The notes beneath the pieces were generated by a model. The model was given only the letters and a program-made list of their open reading frames with translations. It did not search any database and had not been told where the DNA came from. A DNA stretch of 64,000 nt from Lepidodermella squamata (Eukaryota > Animalia > Gastrotricha): contig JBLDXI010000059.1 in assembly GCA_047495785.1 (NCBI GenBank), positions 62,001 through 126,000 on the forward strand, read 5' to 3'. The translations under genes were made by a program, and so were the position numbers. Shown in pieces: positions 49,838-61,734 of the stretch. Within the stretch, counting starts at the first letter, position 1; the number at the start of each line of letters is the position of its first letter.

Positions 49838-51066
49838 TTATTTGATTTTCCGTTTTTTCGCAGGCTTCGCCACAACAGCAGGCTTCTTGGGAGGTGGTGG
49901 ATGCTTCACTTCCCACAACCGCCTTGCTCGTTCTGATAAAGTTCCACCACATTTCATATTTCTGCGGCGAAGTTCAGCCTTCAAGTGATCAAGGCCGAAT
50001 TTCTCAAGATCTTCTACCGACTCTATGGGATCGAGGTCAATAGGGTCGAAGACTTTTTCCGGTTCGGGTTCAGCCTTTTCTTTCGCATCTTTGCCTTCAT
50101 CTTTGGTCTCATCTGTGTTATCTGAAGATTGATTCGGTTTTTTATCAGATTTAGCTTCTTTCTCGTCATCAGCTTCGTTTTCAGACAAATCAAGATCAGG
50201 CGGGGGTAGATCATCGAGATTAGAGGATACATCGCTGTCATCGCTGGAGCTAGAAGATAACGCAGACATATCAACGCCAGCCCTGAAAATCGTCAAAAAT
50301 TAAGGATAATTGGGGGCAAATTTGCTAAACAAACCAAGCATCAATGCTTTTCAGCTTCTTAGCCGCGCTGGCCTGATTTGCTAGTTCCGCTTGGCGCTGA
50401 GCTCGTTTCCTCGCTTTTGCCATTCCTGCAAGTGGGCAAAAGTGTGAAAGTTATCCTTCAGCTTTCAACAAACTCAACCTGCTTGTAACGCTGCTTCCAT
50501 CTCTTCAATAACTTCTTCTTTTTGGCGCATGTATTCCTGATCGTCAAAGATATGCTTGGGCTCTTGAAGCAACCGCTCTCGCCTTTCCCGCTTTAGCCTC
50601 TCTTTTTCCATCATTCGATCAGCTGCTTTTGAGAACCATTCCTTCAATTTTTTCTCGTTGTTGACATCTCTCATTCTGCGGCCACTTAGGTCGCGGCAAG
50701 CTTCCTTGTTTTTTGTTTTCTCAATCTGCATGCCAATTGCTCGCAATAAAGAACCGAAGCCCCCCTTGCCACCTTGAAGTTTGCCGCTAACATGGTATAT
50801 GGAGCCGGGCTCGAGGTAGCAGACAGCAGGTGACGCTACAGGGCAACCTCGATTTGTGATCGTCAAGCAGTCCGCCGACAATAATTCCCTCAGCAACGAA
50901 ATTTCTGCCAATGCATCGCTCAGGGGAACATTTTCTCCAGGATTCAGATACCTCGCTACCCTCCTGAATAACAGGTGTTAGACAATAAAAAAAATCAAAG
51001 CAGTTGGTATTGTGTTACTTACTTTTTCAGAGGTGGCAAATCTATCTCGAACAGGGTAAGAGACAT
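49838..51066 (-). CDS. SDE2: Replication stress response / splicing regulator SDE2; exons ~51066-51023, 50964-50479, 50425-50336, 50282-49838
   Basis: UBL-cleavage motif LQGGKGGFGSLLRAIG, NKEACRDLSGRRMRDVNNEK, and C-terminal SAP domain GLDHLKAELRRRNMKCGGTLSERARRLW. Confidence 0.95.
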
Positions 51067-51444
51067 TAAAATAGAGTAAAATATCTCTCTGCATAAAAAA
51101 ACGTTAAATAGAGCAATTCAACCGACAATGAATAACGAACAACACAGTTCTCTGCTCTGCAGAAACTTCTATTATCCTTTCTAATTTCTCAAGCAAGATT
51201 ATTTCAAAACCTGCAAAGCAAAAATTGTAATTGTAATAATACAGAAGTCTACATTCATTATCGGAAAGACTTCTGGCTCGCATTATAGCTGATAAACCAA
51301 AGTAGCAAACAGTTGGATTTATTGAGTGCGAGGGGAAGGCTCAGTGCTTAGAATGCTTGAAATCTTCAGCCAACTCTAGCTAAAAAATCGAGTCACTGTG
51401 TAGTATGAACACGAGCAAAGTATCGTCAGTCGCCACACTACACA

Positions 51445-51521
51445 ATAATGGGTGGTCACAATAAGATGCATGAGGCGAACATCGCCCCCCCCCCCCTATG
51501 GCTTTTTGAGGCCACCCTGTA
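51445..51521. mobile_element. Degenerate Tc1/mariner-type MITE remnant
   Basis: GGCCACCCTGTA (51510-51521) is the reverse complement of the mariner-like TIR TACAGGGTGGCC. A degenerate partner GGGTGGTCACA sits at 51450, with an internal poly-C run. Confidence 0.4.
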
Positions 51522-52404
51522 GAGGGTTCATTTAATCTTTTGTGGAACTGAGGACTAAGGTAACATTAAATCTACCATCGATCGTCGACCGATGCCTGTC
51601 ATACATGTATTCAAGGTAAGACTTCCTCGATCGCAGTTTACTGGGTCTCCCTTCAATCAGGAGCAGAACGCTGGAAGTCTCGGAGATGTAGCATGAAAAT
51701 AGCTGATAAGAGAAAAGAACCCCAGCGAATTTAACTGCTGGTTGAGCTTTGTTACGCGTCAAATCTGTATGATCCCATTTGCCATTTGGCCATCTAAGAG
51801 CATAACAACTAGGAAGACTTATTAGCCACATGCAACATGCAACCAATTAAATGTTGCTCAACTTCATACTCGCTGTATTCAGCAATAGTCTAGACGACAC
51901 AACACTATCAATAATACAACAACTCTAACGACATTTTATTTCGCAACACGAGAAAAAACCAGAACGGAGGCGAAAAACTTCTTACGCGCCAAATTAAAAA
52001 TTTAAAAAATAATTTTTGGTCAATTTAAATTAGCTGTTATATTTAAACTTTAAAAATCATATTTACTGAAAATAAATGTGAACTGCTACAGCTGACTGTC
52101 CCAAAAATACATTGTTTTTTTCAATTACCGCTGAATCGGATGGGAAATACCTGTAATGCCCTATATATGGAGATATTTTTGCGGTTGTGAGTTTGACCTT
52201 TGCATCTGGTTCGCCTGATAGTCGCGCTGTTATACTTTCGTTCGTTCTATGTAAAATTTACAATGAAACTGGAGACTTTTTTAAATAACTTATAACTTGA
52301 ACATTGAACATATAAACCTAGCAGCTAGTTGCTTTCAGCCTTCAGTTCATTGGCATGAAAACATCTGTATGTTTTTAGAAGAATTTAGTTGGGAAAGTTG
52401 AAGG

Positions 52405-53813
52405 ATGTCGGACAATTCTGGTGCCGCTAACAACTCTGCTGTTGTTGCAACATGCCAAGCTAATATTGATTTGGTATGACCTGGAATTAGCGTTAATAAA
52501 AATTCTATTCTGTTGCTCTATATAGGCAATGACTTGTTCGATCTGCTTTGGAATTTACAAAACACCAAAACACCTGCCCTGCTGCTCTCATTCATTTTGT
52601 TTGCCCTGCCTCGAAAGTCTGGTGAAGTCTGATGCCTCTTGCTGGAACGTAATTTGTTGCCCCCAGTGCCGCACGAAAAGCCCCCTGCCATTTGGCGGCG
52701 TTCGATGTAAGTCGGGCCAACTACTATGTAGACCTTGAAACAAATATTGCGCTTTTAGATTTCCAAACCAACATCGCCCTTCAGCAAATTGTTGAAGCGT
52801 GGCAAAACCACCCATCGAAGGCTGATGTTGTTTTGGCTCCTCGAAAGACCTCTGATGCTGACACGTTAACGACTGTAAGCATTCAACTGGACGAACGCCG
52901 AATCAACTCAGAAAATTTCTTGACCGCTGCGAAGAAGGGTGACGTATCAACCGTCTGTCGTTTGGTCCGGAAGTGTGGAAGAGTCTTGTTCAGCGAACGA
53001 GTTGATGATGAAATGGGAAGTACTGGGTTACATCTTGCTGTTCGTTATGGACATGTTCATCTCGTGAAAACAATGCTAAAACTGGATGCTTGGATCGGAA
53101 CGCCGGATAACAAAGAAAACACAGCCTTACATTATGCCGCACGTTTTGGACAAGATGAGATAGCGACTCTTCTCGTGAAAAGTGGCTATGAAGTCGATGT
53201 TGTTGGGGAGCTCTCTCGAACTCCATTTTTGACCGCCGCTGCATTTGGTCATTCAGTTATTGTAAGGCTACTGCTGACAAACGGCGCTAACATTCACGCC
53301 ATCGATTTGTATGGGGCTAATGCGGCGTTGCTTGCCAGCTGGTACGGTAGCGTTTCTGTGTTACATGAGCTGGCTCTTTTCGGTGGCGACTTTACCACGG
53401 CTGATAAATTTGGGAATTTTCCGCTATTTGTCGCAGCCGCGAAGGGTCACGTCGAAGTGGTGGCAATGCTGCTGAACACGGAGGCTGGATTGGTTATCGA
53501 TCAGCGAGGTCTTTCAGATCAAACTGCGCTTCATGCAGCGGCTTCGTTTGGAAATGTCGAAGTTGCCAAGCTTCTGATTCTTCACCGAGCGTCTATGCTC
53601 AAAGATAGCAATGGCATGACTCCCATCGATCTTGCCAGACGTCGTGGTCATCAAAAATTCGTGAGCACGATCACGGATTTTGTGAAAAATACAGGGTATC
53701 ATTCTGTCCTCGAAGCCGAGGAAGTGGACAACTCAAATCACAAGGACGACTGGCTTCGGGCCTATCATTTCGACGCAAATTTTTGGTCTCATAACCCGGC
53801 TGCCGTGCCTTGA
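52405..53813 (+). CDS. RING-finger + ankyrin-repeat protein (putative E3 ligase); exons 52405-52473, 52526-52706, 52759-53813
   Basis: C3HC4 RING CSICFGIYKTPKHLPCCSHSFCLPCL...CPQCR followed by TRIM-like FQTNIAL, then about 7 ankyrin repeats. Intron phases are consistent. Confidence 0.85.
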
Positions 53814-54288
53814 TATTTTGTTACTCTGACAAAACAAAGAATTTTTTTCATCGTGAGCCGACTGTACGACGACGAATTATTGATATATAATTATATATCA
53901 ACTGAGTGAAGAATATGTGAGCTTGGTAATTTTTTTCTGGATCATTTCCATACTTGTAGTTTGTCTTTCTAAATTTGTACCCGTTCTAAAAGAATTGGCA
54001 ATGATTCTATTGCCATGAATTGATTTCTGATTTCTCTGAATTCGTCCTTTTGTCTTACTACTTGTATACGCTATTGCACATCTATTATTCTTATTATTCT
54101 TATTAATATTTATATTATACACTTTCATTTTGCTGAGACATTGTGCCTTTCATCTCCTGTTGAGGTAGAGATCAAACACCAGTTACACAGTGAGTACACG
54201 ACTAAGGTTCAAATCACGACGAGGTTTATAGAGCTGATGCAAACATTCTGGTAATGCTTGAGTGATTTGATTACTAATCGACTGGTTT

Positions 54289-54322
54289 TTATTATTATAT
54301 TATTATTATCATTATTATTACT
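54289..54322. repeat. (TTA)n microsatellite
   Basis: ttattattatattattattatcattattatta. Confidence 0.75.
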
Positions 54323-54763
54323 TCTACTACCACTGAGCTGCAAGAGCTTTCAGAGCATGCGCCTTTCCTGTGGTCGGTGTGTATGTTGACGCTTCGAATT
54401 GTGAAAGAAGTGGCGAAAATGATGGTGATGTTGATGAGTTTAAACATGCGGACTTATTCGGTGTAAATCGTTCGTAAAACGAACTAAAAAAGAGATATTA
54501 CCTATCATTCGATTCTATATTACTACAAACAAAATCATTCTAAATACGAACACGCTCACTGCCAGTGAGAAACTATCAGTCTTCCGTCAAACTTGGTGCA
54601 GTACGACGAAATTCGAAAAGTGTATTATAATATAGAGTCGATGATTCTTGAACAGCCCAGTAATTTATAATTTTTTCGATCAAGTGCAAACTTCGAATGA
54701 TCTCCCGAATAAATCACATGGCAACTAATGAATTAAGGCGGATTTTTTTGTCGTAGAAATCGA

Positions 54764-55551
54764 ATGAATTTACGCAAGCGAAAGCAATCGCCGTATTTTA
54801 GCAACAGAGCCGATTTCGAGTTTTTCAACGCCGACACGTTAACTCTGGCGAAGAAGTTGCTCGGTCAAACTCTGGTGAGTGAACTGAGTTCGTCAGGTCG
54901 AACGTCAGGCGTCATTGTTGAGACTGAAGCGTACCCAGGCGGTCAAGATGAAGCTTCTCATTCGTTCAACGGCAAGCGCACTAACCGCCTCGAGGCTTTG
55001 TATAATCCAGCTGGAACTTTCTACGTCTACTACTGCTATGGCCGGCTTTCCTTGTGCAACATTTCTTCTAATGGTGTGCTCGTGTTTTTTGTTTTTTTTT
55101 GTTCTCCTGTAATTGGCTCGTTATTTTTACGCTAGAACCTGGCGCTGGTGTGTTAATTCGTGCCCTGGAGCCTTGCGACGGCGTTGCGGTAATGAGCGAG
55201 AATCGCGGCGGGGTTACGTCAACATCGCAGGCAATGACAAGCAAGGTCATGAGGCGCGGCACCGGCAGCGGTAGTAGTAGTAATGAAGCCAACAGCGAAA
55301 AAACACTGCGTAATTTGTGTAATGGACCGGCAAAGTTGAGCCAGGCACTGGGTATCACCCGTGAAAACGCAAACCTTCTGAACCTAGCCGGGAGTGATAA
55401 GGTTTATCTCGAGTTAGCGCCTGCTCAGCCGGCTAACAAATTCGAGGTGCACGAGACGACACGCATTGGCATTGACTACGCCGGCGAAGTCTGGCGCAAC
55501 AAGCCGTGGCGATTCTATATCAAAGGATCAAAATTTATCAGCAAAAAATGA
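54764..55551 (+). CDS. MPG: DNA-3-methyladenine glycosylase (AAG/MPG); exons 54764-55073, 55136-55551
   Basis: LAKKLLGQTLV, GVIVETEAY, DEASHSF, GTFYVYYCYG, CNISS, GVLIRALEP, LCNGPAKLSQALGI, TRIGI, WRFY. Confidence 0.96.
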
Positions 55552-56671
55552 CTCATGACGCATTTTATATTCAAGCTGGCATATTTTTTTTTATGATTTT
55601 ATCTTCTGTTTTTGTGATAAGCTTGCTCTGATTTCAGCCGGAAATTCATTACAATCATCATTTAATTTGAGTCATTCCGGCGCTGTTTGGATGAAATAAA
55701 ATTGACGATGAACTCGGTTTTACGTGTTTTACACTCAGTAATTTATTTTTTCATTAACACGAATCAAGCCAAGCGCTTTGAAATTTGGCCGGAGAAGAGG
55801 CTTGGATTTTGTGGTAGTTAAAAACATGTTTTTTTGGTGTGATACTATTTGCTCGTGAGAGGCATAAAAGTATTATGTTAAGTCGTTCAAAATAATTGAG
55901 CAGGTGCATTCAGGGTCGAGTCCTTATCGCGGATCCTTATTCAGATAACCGAAGACTTTTCTCGAATTCGAAACCGAGAATTTTTTCCTGATAACGCTAT
56001 TAGTGAGGTATAGAATTACCCGTTGGCTTACGCTGAGTTTTCAGTGAGTGCGATCCAAACCTGAGCAAATGAACTCAAATTAACTCAGTCATTGAATTAA
56101 CTAGATTTTTTTCTTGAATTTATCACAGTCGGAAAACAAAAGCTTTCATGATACAACCAGAGGGGTTCGGCATCTTTGACAATACAGGGTTAGTACACAG
56201 GGTCCGCCTTGAATAAGATCCGACGTCCGGAACTTCTAATACGAGCTTTCGTCATATATGGTAGAGGTTGCGCCTGCGATGATGCCTCAAAACACCAGAC
56301 TTGTCTGGGTGTCTGAACGAAAACACCTGTCGTAGCAATAAAATTATACATTTTACTGTAATTACGAAAACCGCATCATACCTGAGTTCGCTTGCTAGAA
56401 TAATCGGCTAATAACAGGTCGCTTGGAGACTCAAAACAAACATCACAGGGCTGGTAGACTGAACCGATTTTTCGTTAAATTTAGAAGCTAACCGTCTTTT
56501 AGATTTAATTTCAGGCTTTGGGTGTATTTGCGTAACAACAGTTACATCCGCCGTGGGTCCGCCAGTGTCAGTCATTGGCGCCGTGGCCGGAGAACAAACG
56601 CTTTTCGATCGAATCCATCGAAGTGAAAGGCTTTTGTTTGTTCGACTCAGCAAGAAGTTTTAGAATTATTC

Positions 56672-58570
56672 TGCAACCTCACTGCGCATCACCTGCCAAT
56701 CGTGTGCTTAAATTATTATTAGCGGGATTTCGCTGTATTTAAGTGTCTGTAAAATTCAGAATGATTAGTTGCTGAACTAACTGTGTCTGAACTGATTTAT
56801 TTCATTGGTGTAAATAGTTGCTTTCACGGAGATTTCTCTCGATTTTCAGAGTTGATTTTGCCGCAGCATTTTCAATCCCTGAACCCAGGTCTCATTGGCG
56901 CCTAAACTCGTGTTCACTTTCAGCTGCTGAGGTAGGTAGGTTTCGGTAAGTGGAAAATAAATTGACTGTGACAAAAAGAGTCACGTCCAACTGGGATCAA
57001 AAGATCTCGCTTATTATAAACAAATTGAAAAGTGATTAAAAAAGTCACGCCCAACTGAGGTCAAGAGATCTCTCGCCGCCTGAAGTGATCAAAATAAACA
57101 TCTTACTAATAATAATAATAAGTGTTCGCAAAATAAAAAAAGGATGTCACACTTCAGACGATCAATTCTTATTCCTCAACCTAATGACCTTGAGCCAGTC
57201 AGAACAACTATGGGTGATAGCACTCGGCTATTCAATGAGAAAATCGAAAAATACGACCCAAAAACACATATTTTTTCAGACTGGATCGACAGCGCAAGTC
57301 AATATTTGGAGGCATGCAAGGTACGAGGAGCCAACAAAAAACTCCTAGCAATCCAAAGTCTCGTCGATGAGAGACGCGCCAAGGTCATTGATGAGGAGTT
57401 AACAAAGAACACTATTTCCTTTGATCAATGCGTTGCCAGACTCAAGAAAATCGAATGCACAGGGATGAGCATAGGTGTTAGCCGAGTTGCCTTGAAACAG
57501 CTCTGTCAAGGCCAGCAATCGCTCGGCGACTTCATCCACCAGCTTGACGCCTTATCAGCCCAGGCATACCCTGAAGATGAACAAAAGAGAAATGAGATTG
57601 CTACCTTCATCCTTGTTGGCGGGATGAAGCCATCGAAGATAAGGGATGAGTTGATTGAGGCCATCAACCAAACGCCAGATCTGCTCTATGCGGAGGCGCT
57701 CAAGATAATTGATAAACAGTCGGCTTGCAAGTCAAAATCGGTCCAAGGGAAGCACATGGATCAAATCATAGCGTGCCAACTCGCGGACCCCACCCCAAAC
57801 AGTCAGCCAAACTTGAAACCAGCCTCAGATGAGATCGATGAATTACGCAAGGAGCTAAGCTTCCTCAGAATGGAATTGGCACGGATGAGACAATTCGAAA
57901 GCCTGCGCACCCAGACGTTGAAGGATCCCGAGCTGAGATGGCAATCATGCAAGATTTTGCATCAGCTTTCCGAAGGCGTATTGGCAGCGGCTTGCAGAGC
58001 GAAATGCGCGGTGAGTGGTACTTTACGAAGTGTAGAAGGAACACGCACGCGACGTCGGAGTGTTGGGGGTCGAGGCGCCTGTCGGTGAAGCCCGAGCGAG
58101 GACTGGAGATGGCGAGCGCGGTGTTGGCGATGACGGAGGCTAAGGTACCGGCAATCCTACAGGCAACTTATGGTAATCAGCTAGGGCGGCGCAACTGACA
58201 CATATACGCGTACTTCTGAATTCTTTCGATTTTTGACTACACATTTTTACTCTTAGTTATCTCGTAGATTATATTGGAATATACGTCTCGTCGGAGAGAG
58301 GGGCGTACGCTGCCGCTGCCGCAACCTCAATGTGTCACCTAATGCCAATCGTGTGCTCATACCAGTATTATAGTGTATAGTGTGATTTTGCTGTATTCAA
58401 GTGCTTGTAAAATTGATTAATAAATAAAATGATTAGTTGCTGAAATTGGTTTGATTTTATATTTGTGTACATATTTTGTGTTCTCGGAGGCTTCGTCAAC
58501 TGGGGTGACTTAGAGCTGTGATACTGTCAGAGTTGTCCTCGGTTCTCGAGTCCAAAATTTCGAACCCAAT
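56672..58570 (+). mobile_element. Non-autonomous Ty3/gypsy-like LTR element (gag only) with diverged LTRs
   Basis: Direct repeats ~56672-56894 and ~58306-58570 share GCAACCTCA, TGCCAATCGTGTGCT, GCTGTATT, TGTAAAATT, AATGATTAGTTGCTGAA, CAGAGTTG and GAACCCA. PBS-like TGGCGCC at 56896; PPT GGAGAGAGGGG at 58293-58303. No pol. Confidence 0.68.
57144..58198 (+). CDS. Gag-like capsid protein (probable start 57210) with a frameshifted, degenerate zinc-knuckle tail
   Basis: IEKYDPKTHIFSDWI...YLEAC, LKQLCQGQQSLGDFIHQLDALSAQAYP, ILVGGM...IRDELI (retrotransposon capsid pattern), then a coiled coil. Knuckle relic FTKCRRNTHATSEC in the 57938 frame. Confidence 0.72.
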
Positions 58571-59279
58571 CCGACCCGATTCGGGTGAAACTCTTAGACC
58601 AGTTGTTCACCATTCGTTCGAAATTTTAACTGTCCTTTTACACAGATGAGCCAACGGTATCCTATAAAGCCTCTCCATTATGTCATATATTTGATGGACA
58701 TTTTCTGGTGATCAAAGCTGTGATAACTTTGTCAGCTTTCTCATCGCTTTTACTGTTAATTATTAGATATTGAGTTTCAAAAAAAAAGTAGATGTCTGCT
58801 GCGTATTGTAGTAGGCATTACTTTAAATTCAACAATTTTGATAATAAGTATAGTGAAGTACAATTTAGCCTGCATTTGTCGTCGTATTCACACCAGCAGC
58901 GCGAGGCAATCAATTACTACTGCGGTTCGATAAAAAATGCGTGTCGTGTCCGCGCACTGAAATCTTACACAGAGTGAGTGCCGTGCTTAGCGACTGCGAT
59001 CGATAACATGTGAAACCTTAGCCAAAGTGCTGGTGTCGTTTTTTCCTTCCACGCGGCAAAACACTCTAGTAATCAAAAAGCGACCTTGTAAGAGTCGTAG
59101 TTTTTTATTCGGTACGCACAACTATACGACCGAGACATACAAATAATAATATCCACAATAACGTAAAAAAACAACGAAAAAAGTTTCATCACAAAAATTT
59201 AGCGTGCTGCCACATCACAGACGAATTGCGTGAGATCACTTGGATAGAACACATAAAATTCAGCATAATCAATAACTAT

Positions 59280-61411
59280 TTATCCGATCGTTGGCTCGCT
59301 GATCGGCATTTGAATAACGGCGGTGAGCAGCGGGCACAAAACGCCCATCGATTTGTCAGCAGCAGTCGATCGAAACACAGATACTCGAATTGGTTCCGCC
59401 AGAGGGCGAGGGTCAGTTCTTTCCACAAACGTAGCCAGCTCGTAAGCAAGACCCGGGCACAGAAACGGGGCTTCGAGACACGGCGCGCGTACCGAGTATA
59501 ACGTGTCGTTATAAAACACAACCACGTGTAAATTCAAAATCGCAGTGGTCAGTGATGTATTTTCCAGACTGATGCACAGCTTGAAAACAGGCCCTAGCCC
59601 GGTAACGCGGCTAGCGAGTCGCAGCGGCAGGTCGGCATCGACTGAGATTGGCGTCGTGAAATCGCTGCGGTCCAATGCGGTCGCCAACGCTCGAGCTGTC
59701 CGCAGGCGAAACGCGGCCAGATCGCGTTGAAGCTGGCGGTAACTAGCCGCGGCGTTCGACCCGGTCCGCTCTCGATCCGCCTGCTCGAGGTACAGCTTCG
59801 ATACCTTCGGAATGGCCAACTGACCACCGCCGGTTGACGCGGAGGTTGCAGCGGCTGAGGCGGGCAGTGGCTGGTCGAAGTGAGCCTGACGTCTCAAAAT
59901 TTTGACGTACAATGCCCCGCTGCGGGTTATCGCTATCATGCAGTTATCTTCGCGGCCATACCGGCCGAAACGCAGGGATGTCGGGGCGTCAGACAGCTGG
60001 ACTTTGCTCACCAGCATCCGACCATTGTACAAATGAACTGAACCATCGGCCAGGCCGACTGCGGCTAGCATCAAGTTGCGACCGTGGTGGTGCAGGGGTG
60101 ATATGCACGTGGGACTCGATGGCAGACCAACTCGCCATTCCGGTCGGTCAGAAGCGGCGGTTGCTTGTTTCTTCGGCGCCGTAGCCATTGAATATTCGTA
60201 CAACGCATCATCGGTACAAGCGACTACGAGAGATCGCTCCCCTATTCCGGTTACCAGGCCGACAGCTGGAGCCGCTAGGTTGACAGTGCTGAATGTCGCT
60301 GCCGAGTGGGATGCATCTGAATCGCGTTTACGAACCAGGCAGACGAGAGGCTTTCGAGCAGCGACATAAAACGAATAGCCAACGTCGAAGAGGCCGAAAC
60401 AACGAATAAAAACCGGAACTACATCAGCCGGCAATCGATGCTGTGATAGAAAGAACAATTTATTAGATTTCACGAAAATTCAATAAGACGGTGATCGAAT
60501 TAGGCGCGGTCAATCAAATCAGGCAATTTTATAGAACCAAAAACTTACTGCAGCTAGAACACTGAAAGCCTCGCACTCGACTACTAGCAGGCGGCCATCT
60601 TCAGTCCCGACCACCAGCACGTTGATGCTTTTCTCGTCAGGGTTCGAGCGGTTGAGAACGCCGAGACACGTAACAGAGGCCTGGGTGAGTTGGACCATGC
60701 CGGTTCGAGCCCCGGGGGCTGTACCCTTGCTAGCCAGGTCTTCGAACAACTCAGCTCGACGGTCCGACGGTGCGTTGATGAAAAACAGCGACTGCTGGCT
60801 GAGTCGAACGTGCTGGTCGCGCTGAAGATCGCCCAGGGCGTTGACCAGTTGCGTTGAATTCATCTCGCCACGTTGAGCCGACACCCATAAATCACGCTCA
60901 GTTGGGTTCGGCTGCTCCGGTGGCACAGCGATTTTGAAGAAAGGTCGGAAATTTTTGAAAATGTACACCGACGATCCGGAGCCGATCGCTAGACCTGGAA
61001 CACGTGGTTCGGTATTATCCATGTAAACACTGACCAAAGCAGTGGGTAGATCACTCAAAGTCGCCGTCAAGTCTTGATTTGTGCCTTTATATACTCGAAG
61101 TCGAAATTTCGACAAATCAGCAATAACAAGCCTGTAATAAAATAACTTTAATATATGGTATAAATTAGAATATTTTCGAATTACTTGTAATCGCCATCCC
61201 CGCTCAAGTCATCGACCGAGACACATTGACTTATGCTGTCCAGGTCAGCCATCGGGTCGTAAAGAGCTTCGAGCCATTGCTGAACCGGTGGTTGGTTGGC
61301 CGGAGTGGGGGCAGGCTTCGGCGGCGGTTCTTCAACTACCGGGCGCTGTTTCGAAGAGTTTGACCCGGGTTTTCGCGGGCTGTCCTTATTCGGTGTAGCT
61401 GGTTTGGACAT
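59280..61411 (-). CDS. BBS1: Bardet-Biedl syndrome 1 protein (BBSome); exons 61411-61185, 61131-60549, 60440-59280
   Basis: WLEALYDPMA...DLSGDGDYK|LVIAD, LRVYKGT, YIFKNFRPFFK, LVVGTE, FGRYGREDN, LYVKILRR, VTGLGPVFKL, C-terminal TAVIQMPISE. Confidence 0.96.
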
Positions 61412-61734
61412 GTTATAAAAGCCCTACAGATGATACAAATCAGAACAACCTGATTTTAATACCTTCCAACCATTTTACAATAATAATTATAATAAGTCTC
61501 TGTGAGCCGACGAAGCGCCGGCTTCTTGTACAAATGAAGTAATACAATATAATTTATTCCCTCGATAAGGCCCACATTTTGGCGGGTTAGCGCACAGTGC
61601 GATAATTTATTAGTAGTAGTTTTAGTAGTAGGCGCCTCTTGCATTTCGCGATCACATTTCGAAAGAAGCGGTTTGTCGAAACAAAAAGAGCAGAAAGATG
61701 TCAATGAGCGTGACGGAATCGCCGCAGCAGCCGA

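Noticed and set aside
55910-56225. Imperfect inverted repeat GGATCCTTATTCA / TGAATAAGATCC
   Set aside because: Too short and imperfect, with no TSD, so it cannot be supported as a MITE.
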